From the IMG/VR virus record IMGVR_UViG_3300048998_000027, positions 1 through 38,087 of that record: a stretch of DNA of 38,087 nucleotides. One strand, given 5' to 3'. The notes below the pieces were generated by a model that ran no database searches, was not told where the DNA came from, and saw only the letters and a list, made by a program, of their open reading frames with translations. Within the stretch, counting starts at the first letter, position 1. Every line of letters starts with the position of its first letter. Origin of the DNA: a virus (Duplodnaviria; Caudoviricetes). Positions 27,101 through 35,150 of the stretch are shown here, one piece after another. Made by a program: the position numbers and the translations under genes.

Positions 27101-30100
27101 GAACGCAACCGCGCGTACTTCCCTGCGGATTTCAAGGACGCCAACCCTGAACTGCTCGCCCATTACACCGAGTTAGGCCGTAAGGCTACTGACGACGCCG
27201 TAAGCGATATGCAAGCCCGTACGCTGCGCGATATGAAGTGGCTGAACAATGCCCAAAGCAAAGCGATGAAAGCATTACAACGTGAAGCTAAAGGATTGCG
27301 CACCGCCATCCGCGAGGAAGTCACTAAACAAGTTATGGCGGAACCCGTGAACCAGGGCGCCGAAGCGATTAAAGCCGCAGGCTTCAAGACAAACTCCACT
27401 GGTTTAGAAGTCGATTTGATCGCCGAACAATACGGTTTCGCAAACGGCAAGGCGCTTACCGAAGCCATCCGTAACGAGAACGTGAAGGAAAAAATCAACG
27501 GCATGGTTGAGCAGAGCATGCTCGAACGCCATGGCGAATTCGTGGACGCGACCAGTTTACAACGCGCCGCCGAGGCCGCTATCGCGAACGAAGCCCGCGC
27601 GAAGCAAATGGCGACGGGTTTAAAGATCCTTACTAAATCGCCCGTACCCGTTAGCAAAATTCAAAAGGCGGCCAAAGAAGCAGCCGAAACCACTATCGCC
27701 AGCAAAGTGATTAAAGATTTACGGCCAGCGATTTACAGCGCAGCGGAATCCCGCGCAAACAAAGAACTGTTGAAGCTTGCCCCCAAAGATCCCGCCGCAG
27801 CGGCCCAGGCCCAACGCGCAGCGCTGTTGAATAACCGGTTATTCAAAGCATCCACCGAAGCGGTTCAGGATGTGAAAAGCGGTTTGACGTATCTTAAAAA
27901 ATTCGGCAAGGACACCATACGCGCTAAGATCGACGTGGATATCCGCGACCAGATCGACGACCTACTTGCGCGTTTCGATTTACGCGCTAACCCCAACACC
28001 GACCCTACTCGCCAACAAGTGAACCTTGAAAAGTGGATCGAGTCGCAAATGGCGGCTGGCTGGCAACCCAGTGTTACCGAGGCGATGCTCGACACCCGCA
28101 ACCGTAAACCTTACCGCGATATGTCCGTAGAAGAATTCCGGGGGCTCATCGACACGATTAAGTCGATGGAACACTTGGGGCGTGAACGCGAAACCCTTAC
28201 CGTTAACGGTGAAAAATTTGCACTGGCCGATTACGTAAACAACGAACTTGTGCCCCGCATGAAAGAGCGCGGCGACAACTTCACCACCGAAGAAATCTAC
28301 AGCCGCCCCGAAGATCGCGGTATTAGCGAATGGCGCCAAGGCTTGGATAAATTCAATAGCTGGATGCGCGCTTTTAACGCGCAACTAATGGGGCAGGAAT
28401 TCAAGCGCAATGCCTATGACCGCCACGAAATTATGGGGCCTTTCGGGCAAGCACTGTTCGAACCTGTAATGCAAGCCAACTACCGCAAGGTCGATATGCT
28501 GAAAGGTTTGTCTGACGATTTCCGTGCAAAGGTGGTGGAGCTTGGCCGTGACTGGCAGAAAGGTTTAACGGAAATGATCGACAACAAAACGTTGCTTGAC
28601 GATATTGCCAGCAAAGAATCAGGCGAGCCCGTGCCCTTCAAATTATCACGCGGCAAAATGATAGGGTTGGCGGTGCACGTCGGCAACGAATCCAACTTTG
28701 ATAAATTGACCAAAGGCTACAAATGGAATCCGGTAGACGTCTGGAAATTTTTAGATGAAAACATGACGGCAAAAGATTGGAACGCCGTACAAACTATTTG
28801 GGATCTTTATGAAAAGCACTGGCCGGAACAGGTAGCAATGTACCGCCGCCTGGGCCAAACCGCACCCGACAAGATCGAACCGCGCCCCTTTAAAACGCGT
28901 TTTGGCGACATGCGTGGCGGATACGCTACGATTAAATACGACGCCTTGCGCTCCCGCCGTGGCGAGAAAGACGCGCAGGGTATGGCGATCAACCCTAACG
29001 ACGGCCTGTTCGGGCGGGATTACTTTAGCCGTAACTCAACCACTAACGGCGCGATGAAATCCCGTAACGACAGTTACACCGACGCCATCGATTTAAATTT
29101 CCACACCATTGAAAGGGCGATGCACGAGTCTATCCATGATCTTGCTTATCGTGAAGCGTTGATCAATGCCAACAAGGTTATTGAGCAATCGGATTTTAGA
29201 AAGCAATTTTTAAAAACCTACGGGCGTGAAGATTACCGTGCACTGCAGGACTGGATAGGCCGTATCGCGAACGCTGAAAACACCGACCGTAACGTCGGGG
29301 CGTTCGGGCGCTTCTTACAGTACACCCGTACCGGACTGGTTATGACTGCTATTGCGTTGCGCATTAGCACCGTGGCAAAACACGGCGGCAGCGCGGGTAT
29401 TAAAACAATGGGGTACTTTGTGGGCGGGGGTGAGAAATTCTTGGCGTCACGTATGGCGTCCATGACGCATGATTACCGTAGCCAGATCCAGGGCGCTATT
29501 GAAAAGTTCCCGGAAATACGGGCCCGCTTGCTTCAACAGGATAGGGATTACCGCGCGACAGCCAGTTCATTGTTTGAGTCTGAAAGCTTACAGAGTCGTG
29601 CGGAGCGCTTCGGGCATAGCGCAGTCGCGTGGGCGGATATGGTGACGGCGGTGCCTACCGCGTGGGCGGCCTACGACCGCGCCATCACCGTCGGCATACC
29701 CAAGAATCAGGGCGGTACAGGCAAACCTATGACCGAAGCGCAAGCGGTGGAATACGGCAGCAAGACTGTGCGCGAAGCACACGGCAGCAACATTGAATCG
29801 GCACGCTCCAATATCATGACGGCACCCAGTGAAGCTGTTAAAATGTTTACTATTTTGTACGGTTTCATGAATAACAGCTACGGGCAGATGGCGGATAGCG
29901 TTAGTAAAATTCGTACGCCGGGGATGGGTAACCCCGTCGTGCTTGCGCGCACATTCATGGCTATCATAGTACCTGCCTTCTGGGCGCATTATCTTACCCA
30001 CGGCACTGCGGATGACTCGGACGAAAGTTTGGCTATGTGGATTGCGAAGGCCGTTCTGGGAGAGGTAGCGGGTTCTCTTCCCATGGTTAGGGAAGCGGCG

Positions 30101-30388
30101 CAGATGGCTAACGGCTTTAATAAAGCGGGGGTTGTAGGCGCCGAATCGTGGGTGTCTACTATGGTGAACGCAGCGAAAGACGTCGTGAAGATCGCTAAAG
30201 GGGACGAGCCTAACCGTCCTATCGCGGACATTGCGGACGCGGTAGGAATGGGTTTACACATCCCTGGTCTCGGCCAGTTGGGTAAAACGGCGCAATATAT
30301 CGCAGACGTAAACGCCGGTAAGATTCACCCTCACAGTACGTGGGAATTTATCCACGACGCCGCGCTAGGGCATAAGGAGCACAAGTAG
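24098..30388 (+). CDS. large ejection / polyvalent virion protein (2096 aa) with zincin-like HExxH motif
   Basis: RGFF...ADLSTYLHETGHYWLE...HEKFAEGFERYLMEGKAP; third of three ejection genes. Confidence 0.85.
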   Translation: MPDNINPFDSAAAQVVGDQTSAIRQNISQNVGQNADTAAQYQHLAKFVNVPVETVYAEPEAIKQQAAVQKLDAPKMVNEYPHLAQFISEPNNAAKAHDDVQPLAATEQAVKALPVAHPASQPDSDTSGWLSKNIHALPDTPMALMKGFAGSFNDAMKAINLVAGAFPTFYDQAAEEITGQRHTEASDWWFRHSMDPLVANEPAFALDPKATTVEKTLHGIGGLIGTISQIISTGGVGEVAPAAGVTMDAVPAVATTLRAGTEQATKTMALPAVTNAVNSAQQVYDQTGDANAAIKSALSSYATTTATGVLPVSLEGNLLTRALSGLPAGVLTGEANREVTNATNPGTMQTPFNVDDMIVNALTGSILAGAMGHKGRPQYERVMREQYQEGKQAMDAVQAGEGLQALSEVATQSKLRERDPQAFNDYVHNMTADGHTPELYVDAKILSETFKQSGITADKLAEQMPDVVRQMQEALTTGTDVRITTSDYATHIAGGPVDDILRQHLKVDPNGKTIAEAEEYLKGMQKHTEELTSALAESQPVDDARNTQLKAIHDEHFAELETAGRFPSDVNKQYATLRTALIDRLAEREGLDVTDVHKMLPLKVTGEVQTRNKDSLDQKSLAEWDAFLHGLDYSEKEAPKPGKNDESEFLSNVDAGTRHTDESPLLKRIRKSSDAAADELGGSAEAGRVVKKSLGPFSGYRTSADIIEGDSIHPDGRLEVHVYGKEQDAKGGDATSEPALTFTVSKDGELTVNGPTSAAFKEFVKQGWADTAKGKGGELQDGWTALKTKDGKPLSLTELAPLIADVHARVRTWRGEDKVGLHWSRSTGATGDISEGRKTAVFFQEMLQGERGFFNTKTNTMGLLKDADLSTYLHETGHYWLESMNNFVQRTEATPGLKKDFDELLNWFKVEGDSPEARLENWNKRTTNEKRESHEKFAEGFERYLMEGKAPTAELQSLFSRFRAWLVRVYEGVQAPGEIFSPEIKAVFDRMLASDHAIAEAERNRAYFPADFKDANPELLAHYTELGRKATDDAVSDMQARTLRDMKWLNNAQSKAMKALQREAKGLRTAIREEVTKQVMAEPVNQGAEAIKAAGFKTNSTGLEVDLIAEQYGFANGKALTEAIRNENVKEKINGMVEQSMLERHGEFVDATSLQRAAEAAIANEARAKQMATGLKILTKSPVPVSKIQKAAKEAAETTIASKVIKDLRPAIYSAAESRANKELLKLAPKDPAAAAQAQRAALLNNRLFKASTEAVQDVKSGLTYLKKFGKDTIRAKIDVDIRDQIDDLLARFDLRANPNTDPTRQQVNLEKWIESQMAAGWQPSVTEAMLDTRNRKPYRDMSVEEFRGLIDTIKSMEHLGRERETLTVNGEKFALADYVNNELVPRMKERGDNFTTEEIYSRPEDRGISEWRQGLDKFNSWMRAFNAQLMGQEFKRNAYDRHEIMGPFGQALFEPVMQANYRKVDMLKGLSDDFRAKVVELGRDWQKGLTEMIDNKTLLDDIASKESGEPVPFKLSRGKMIGLAVHVGNESNFDKLTKGYKWNPVDVWKFLDENMTAKDWNAVQTIWDLYEKHWPEQVAMYRRLGQTAPDKIEPRPFKTRFGDMRGGYATIKYDALRSRRGEKDAQGMAINPNDGLFGRDYFSRNSTTNGAMKSRNDSYTDAIDLNFHTIERAMHESIHDLAYREALINANKVIEQSDFRKQFLKTYGREDYRALQDWIGRIANAENTDRNVGAFGRFLQYTRTGLVMTAIALRISTVAKHGGSAGIKTMGYFVGGGEKFLASRMASMTHDYRSQIQGAIEKFPEIRARLLQQDRDYRATASSLFESESLQSRAERFGHSAVAWADMVTAVPTAWAAYDRAITVGIPKNQGGTGKPMTEAQAVEYGSKTVREAHGSNIESARSNIMTAPSEAVKMFTILYGFMNNSYGQMADSVSKIRTPGMGNPVVLARTFMAIIVPAFWAHYLTHGTADDSDESLAMWIAKAVLGEVAGSLPMVREAAQMANGFNKAGVVGAESWVSTMVNAAKDVVKIAKGDEPNRPIADIADAVGMGLHIPGLGQLGKTAQYIADVNAGKIHPHSTWEFIHDAALGHKEHK

Positions 30389-30422
30389 GGTATACAGCTA
30401 AAAATAGTATCGGGTAGATACT
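30389..30422 (+). promoter_or_regulatory. late promoter motif copy 5 (tail fibre and lysis)
   Basis: GGTATACA-20 nt-GATACT. Confidence 0.6.
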
Positions 30423-30449
30423 TGCGTAAATTTTTGGAGTAGATACCCG

Positions 30450-32849
30450 ATGACTATTAATTCTACTACGCGCGTGGCCGGCCCTTTCACTGGGACGGGG
30501 TCGCAGTTTATTTACCCTTTCAGCTTTAAAGTTTTCCTCGCGTCAGATATGCAAGTGCTGCTAACTAACACTTCTTTGGGTACTACCAGTACTTTAGTGT
30601 TAAATACTGATTATACGGTTTCGCTAAACGCCAATCAAAACGCATCCCCCGGGGGTTCGGTCACCATGATCGTAGCTCCTGCGTCCAACTACGCCTTGAC
30701 TCTTACGTCAAGCATTGCGAACACCCAACCGTCAGACCTAACCAACGCTGGCAATTTCTACCCGCAGACAGTTAACGATTCGCTGGATCGCGCAACTATC
30801 CAAATACAGCAATTACAAACCAGTGTTAACAGCGCGTTACGCATCCCTGTTTCTGCACCTACGGGAACCAGTACCGTACTACCCTTCCCCGTAAAGAATA
30901 CGCTATTAGGATGGGACGCGTCGGGGCAAACGTTAATAAACTACACGCCCACCACCGCTATACCCGCTAACGCTACGGTGACACTGCTCACTATTGCGGC
31001 CTTGAATGTCGCTACTGCCGCGATAGACCAAGTGGTCAACGTGGCGGGCTACACGAATGGTGTGCTGGGTGGGGGCAGTTTCAGGGGGGTGTCTCAGGGC
31101 GCCCTTGTAATAGATAACCTAAACATATTTGCGTCAGGAACTGCGGGGGTCTTGTGGTTGCGCATAGGGTATACGCTGATCACTCCGCAGAATGGGGGTG
31201 CGGATACTACAGGCCTGGTCGATTCAACCGCGCAAATAAACCTACTAAAGAACTACGCAAACTTTGGCATAGCCTATAAACAGATCTACCAATACGGCCA
31301 GCTTTCACCGGCTTTAGGGGCGTTTGGTGCGTACGATAATGCGACTATCGGTTCGAATGAAAAACTCCTGAACTCCGGTTTTACGGGATCCGCTGCCAGT
31401 TGGACGCTAACCAATTTCACCTACTCCGCCAATACGATCACCCATGCGGCCGCGACTATCGGCGAAGCAAGCCAAAGCATTACGCTTAAGCCGTATGTCA
31501 ACTACCAGCTTACTGTTGTCTTAACGACGACAACCGGTGGTACTGTAGACTTCCAGATCGGCGGCGTTACGTTGCTGGATGATACCGGCTACTACACGTT
31601 TGACCCCGGCACTGGGACTTACGTGTTTAACTACCTCAACCAAGGTGCGACTACTGCTGTTTTCCGTGCGCTAACCGATATCAACTGGGCGGGATCTATC
31701 GATTCTATCTCGCTGATTGAAGTGGCGACGGATTTCCCTTATGCCTATTACAGCTGTCCCACGGATGACCAGACGTTTAGAAACCCGCAAGGGCTTAAGT
31801 TTGGTCGGTACAATGCCGGGAACATCGCTATAGGTGACAAGCAAACCCTGGCGATGGCCGGCAATGCCGTTTCGTGGACGGTGGCAGTGGGGCCTCGTGC
31901 ACTCTCAAGCGTCGTGTCATCGTTTGAAAATACGGCTGTGGGGGCATTTGCGGGTAAATATACGAACACTGACCGCAACTGTTTCTTTGGTTACAGCGCA
32001 GGAAAGTACAACACCATAGGGTATGCACTTACCTGTCTTGGGTACAAAGCAGGCGTTTTGAATACCACAGGGGTTAGAAATACCTCCGTTGGATTTCATG
32101 CCCAATTCCAGAACACCGCCGGTAATGATAACTTTGCGGCAGGATTTCAGGCGCTTTATTCAGCAAGGAACAACAATAACAACACCTCTATTGGCTCTCA
32201 GTCTGCGCAAAACTGTGTTGGAAATAGCAATGTTTTTCTGGGTGCGCTGGCGGGTTATCTCAACAATAACGTTGCGATTACGTACAGTTATGCCTTCGGG
32301 ACTACGTTGGGGTCTGAGTCAAAGATTTACGGTAACTCTGGCGTGGTGGTTGGGTATAACGCTTCTATCGGGGTGGACGGTACGCCACAGGATAACGCCA
32401 TATCCGTGGGCGCGAATACCAGTAACAAGGTTGCTAACACTACCAAGATCGGAAACTCGCAGAACGTATGCACCCTATCGGGAATTTTAAGGGCCAAGCA
32501 GGTATTCAACGCGAACACTACGGCGGGCGCAGCAACATATACCGCCGCGCAATTCGCATCGTCTGTGATTGAACGCAGTGGCCCTGGCGGAAATTTTAGC
32601 GACACGACACCTACTGCCGCAGCCTTGGTAGCCCTAGTGGGCGGGGCTGAACCCGGCACATCTTATGATCTACTTATTCGCAATTTAACTGCTTTCACGC
32701 TAACCATGTTAGCGGGGTCCGGCATTACGCTTGGAGGGACTACAACATGCGCGGGGGGTAGGGCCCGATTGTACAAGATCCAATTTGGCAACGTCACCTC
32801 CGGGGCGGAAACCGCTACGGTATACGGCGCCTGCATCCAGGATAACTAA
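30450..32849 (+). CDS. tail fibre / receptor-binding protein
   Basis: T7 gp17-like anchor (GPFTGTG...YPFSFKVF...LDRATIQIQQL); carbohydrate-binding-like region; NTAVG/NTSVG beta-roll repeats. Confidence 0.85.
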   Translation: MTINSTTRVAGPFTGTGSQFIYPFSFKVFLASDMQVLLTNTSLGTTSTLVLNTDYTVSLNANQNASPGGSVTMIVAPASNYALTLTSSIANTQPSDLTNAGNFYPQTVNDSLDRATIQIQQLQTSVNSALRIPVSAPTGTSTVLPFPVKNTLLGWDASGQTLINYTPTTAIPANATVTLLTIAALNVATAAIDQVVNVAGYTNGVLGGGSFRGVSQGALVIDNLNIFASGTAGVLWLRIGYTLITPQNGGADTTGLVDSTAQINLLKNYANFGIAYKQIYQYGQLSPALGAFGAYDNATIGSNEKLLNSGFTGSAASWTLTNFTYSANTITHAAATIGEASQSITLKPYVNYQLTVVLTTTTGGTVDFQIGGVTLLDDTGYYTFDPGTGTYVFNYLNQGATTAVFRALTDINWAGSIDSISLIEVATDFPYAYYSCPTDDQTFRNPQGLKFGRYNAGNIAIGDKQTLAMAGNAVSWTVAVGPRALSSVVSSFENTAVGAFAGKYTNTDRNCFFGYSAGKYNTIGYALTCLGYKAGVLNTTGVRNTSVGFHAQFQNTAGNDNFAAGFQALYSARNNNNNTSIGSQSAQNCVGNSNVFLGALAGYLNNNVAITYSYAFGTTLGSESKIYGNSGVVVGYNASIGVDGTPQDNAISVGANTSNKVANTTKIGNSQNVCTLSGILRAKQVFNANTTAGAATYTAAQFASSVIERSGPGGNFSDTTPTAAALVALVGGAEPGTSYDLLIRNLTAFTLTMLAGSGITLGGTTTCAGGRARLYKIQFGNVTSGAETATVYGACIQDN

Positions 32850-32861
32850 CGGGTAAAAATA

Positions 32862-33251
32862 ATGGATATATCTACGCTGCTAAATTATGTACTGGTTCCG
32901 CTAATCGGCCTCCTTGGTTACTTCCTTAAAGGGGCTCACGACGAAGTGCGCCAAGTGAAAGCTAAGCACGAAATGCTCCGGGATGATTTCAACACCCTTA
33001 GCTTGCACATGGCGAATACCTTCGTTAATAAAGGTGAATTACTTAAAATCGAGGCTACCTTGGAAAAGATAAATACCACCATGTTCGGTAAGCTGGATTC
33101 ATTGGGCGATAAAGTAGATTCAAAATTCGAAAACCTGGGCGATAAGATCGACGCTCGCATCGACAACATAGCCAACAAATTCGAGGAACGCATACGCATC
33201 CTCTCTGACGATGTATACACCCAACTTCGCAGAAAGGAAGACAAGGCATGA
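32862..33251 (+). CDS. single-TM coiled-coil lysis-cassette protein (holin/antiholin-like)
   Basis: LLNYVLVPLIGLLGYFL TM then coiled coil with 11-residue periodicity (LGDKVDSKFEN LGDKIDARIDN); ATGA overlap with lysozyme. Confidence 0.6.
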   Translation: MDISTLLNYVLVPLIGLLGYFLKGAHDEVRQVKAKHEMLRDDFNTLSLHMANTFVNKGELLKIEATLEKINTTMFGKLDSLGDKVDSKFENLGDKIDARIDNIANKFEERIRILSDDVYTQLRRKEDKA

Positions 33252-33691
33252 GAATGAGCGAGGAAGGTCGCAAGCAACTTACCCAGGTAAGCGAAGGGTT
33301 AAAGCTTCAAGCGTATCCCGATCCTGCTACTAAAGCGGCGCCGTGGACTATCGGGTACGGGCATACGAAAGGGGTTAACAAGGGCGACGTGTGCACTACT
33401 GAGCGCGCTATCTACTGGCTTCTTGAAGATTTACTGGAAGCCGAGAACGCAGTTAACCGGTACGTTAAAGTCCCGCTCGACCAGTTCCAATTTGATGCAC
33501 TGGTTGATTTTACGTTTAACGTGGGCGTGAGTAACTTCGCTAACTCTACCTTGCTACGCCGATTGAATGCGGGCGATTACGAAGGCGCGTGCACGCAGTT
33601 TGGCCGGTGGGTTTACGGCAACAACAAGATCATGCCCGGACTGGTTACGCGCCGGTCCGCCGAAGTCAGTTGGTTTATCAAAGGGTTTTAG
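33248..33691 (+). CDS. endolysin, GH24 lysozyme
   Basis: EGLKLQAYPDP...WTIGYGHT; QFDALVDFTFNVG; GLVTRRSAE. Confidence 0.95.
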   Translation: MRMSEEGRKQLTQVSEGLKLQAYPDPATKAAPWTIGYGHTKGVNKGDVCTTERAIYWLLEDLLEAENAVNRYVKVPLDQFQFDALVDFTFNVGVSNFANSTLLRRLNAGDYEGACTQFGRWVYGNNKIMPGLVTRRSAEVSWFIKGF

Positions 33692-33692
33692 T

Positions 33693-34208
33693 ATGGACTG
33701 GAAAGACATTGCGAGCACCGTAGGCAAAGCCGCCCCCATTCTAGGTACGCTTATCGGCGGTCCCGCAGGCGGTACCGTAGGGGCCTTGATCGCTTCGGCA
33801 CTTGGAGTTTCCAATACGCCCGACGCGGTAAGCGTAGCGTTGCAAACCAATCCCGACGCGGCAGTGAAGCTCGCGCAAATAGAAGCCGATCAAAAAGTTA
33901 AGTTGCAAGAGTTGGTAACGGATCAAGCGAAAGCGGAAATCCAAGCTGCAGCGCAAGCTATCAGTGATGTTAACAAAACGATACAAGCCGAAGCGGCTAG
34001 TGAGCATTGGCCCTCGTATTCGTGGCGCCCTTTCATCGGGTTCGTTGCGGGTACTATGGTGTTCGGTGTGTACTTCGTTTTACCCCTGGCTAAGGTGCCG
34101 GTCCCTGCTGTGCCAGAATCAGTTTGGATGATGCTAGGCGCCATCCTTGGCGTGGCTAGCTGGTTCAGGGGCAAGATGCAAACCGAAACGTTTAACTCGA
34201 AGGGTTGA
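33693..34208 (+). CDS. 3TM-type holin-family protein
   Basis: Start moved to ATG 33693: MDWKDIASTVGKAAPILGTLIGGPAG...SWRPFIG followed by two hydrophobic helices. Confidence 0.75.
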   Translation: MDWKDIASTVGKAAPILGTLIGGPAGGTVGALIASALGVSNTPDAVSVALQTNPDAAVKLAQIEADQKVKLQELVTDQAKAEIQAAAQAISDVNKTIQAEAASEHWPSYSWRPFIGFVAGTMVFGVYFVLPLAKVPVPAVPESVWMMLGAILGVASWFRGKMQTETFNSKG

Positions 34209-35124
34209 TACGATCCTCTACCAACTTCGCGTACCCTTGTATGTCGTGCCAGTTGTCCGCGTAGTTCGGGTCCCCGTTAAGAATCCTCGCTATCTTATCC
34301 GCTATTACCGTTAACGCTTGGCGTTGCGTGTCATCCAGTTTTACGTCCCAAGCGCGTGCGCGTATGGAGTTGCCGTACTCGTCACCTACTTCTACCCGGT
34401 GGTTGCGCATTGCGGCTTGGATAGCTTGGGCGATACGTGCGTGGTCTTTGAAATCGCCGTAGCGATTCCCGCGTTCGTTTAAGGTGGCTTCAATACCCGC
34501 AGTCGGCTCCGCTTCTTTGAACTCGAACTGCGCACTGCCGTAGCCAAACTTTTCTAGATCTAATTTTGAACTAACTTCAAAGTACGCGCGGGGCAAACCT
34601 TTGCGAGTGTACGTAGGCGCTTCGTCTTTGTTTTCTATAAAGGGTAGGTTTTCTATAAAGGGTAGGTCCGCTAATAAAGCGTTAGGCTCCTTAGCTATCA
34701 TCTCAATCCACGCAGTTTCGTCCATACCCTCCGCAAGATCGAAACCAGTGAAATTCGTTGGCTCGGGTATCTGTGCCCGCATTTCTTGCTCTGTCCGAGT
34801 TAGCATTTCGTCCGCAGCCTTGGCTTTCTCAATTTCCGTCGCGGTAAAAGTTACGCCCTTAGAACTGTCGAACGCGGAATCTATACCTTTGAATTCCTCT
34901 TTCACACCATGATCGCCTACCCAGCCGTAGGCGTGTATGGCTTCCGGTATTGAAGGAGGCATCAGTTCAAACCCTTCGGCCAGTGCGTTAACCGTGCAGC
35001 CGTCTATCGTGAACGACAAGTACTTGCCGTTAGTATCGAGCACTCGGTACACCTCACCTTGTACCAAGATACCGTGCGGTGTCATGCGTTTTACGTCGTC
35101 GCCTGCTATGAATCCATTTGTCAT
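34192..35124 (-). CDS. DUF6378-domain protein with long N-terminal extension
   Basis: TLNERGNRYGDF...ALTVIADKIARILNGDPNYADNWHDIQGYAKLV. Confidence 0.8.
   Translation of the reverse strand: MTNGFIAGDDVKRMTPHGILVQGEVYRVLDTNGKYLSFTIDGCTVNALAEGFELMPPSIPEAIHAYGWVGDHGVKEEFKGIDSAFDSSKGVTFTATEIEKAKAADEMLTRTEQEMRAQIPEPTNFTGFDLAEGMDETAWIEMIAKEPNALLADLPFIENLPFIENKDEAPTYTRKGLPRAYFEVSSKLDLEKFGYGSAQFEFKEAEPTAGIEATLNERGNRYGDFKDHARIAQAIQAAMRNHRVEVGDEYGNSIRARAWDVKLDDTQRQALTVIADKIARILNGDPNYADNWHDIQGYAKLVEDRINPSS
34630..34665. repeat. perfect 18-bp tandem duplication, in frame
   Basis: GTTTTCTATAAAGGGTAG x2, encoding LPFIEN-LPFIEN. Confidence 0.95.
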
Positions 35125-35150
35125 GTTGCTTTACTCGTTAGGGGTTAGGG

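Noticed and set aside
30450-32849. Diversity-generating retroelement as in BPP-1
   Set aside because: No reverse transcriptase, no Avd-like gene and no TR/VR repeat pair noticed.
32819-33219. Further late-promoter copies (GGTATACG at 32819, TGTATACA at 33212; also minus-strand GGTATACG at 1481-1488)
   Set aside because: Each has a mismatch and no -10-like hexamer at 19-20 nt.
33567-33692. N-terminal extension of the holin ORF overlapping lysozyme, as an embedded spanin
   Set aside because: No signal peptide or lipobox; ATG 33693 gives the family-typical N-terminus.
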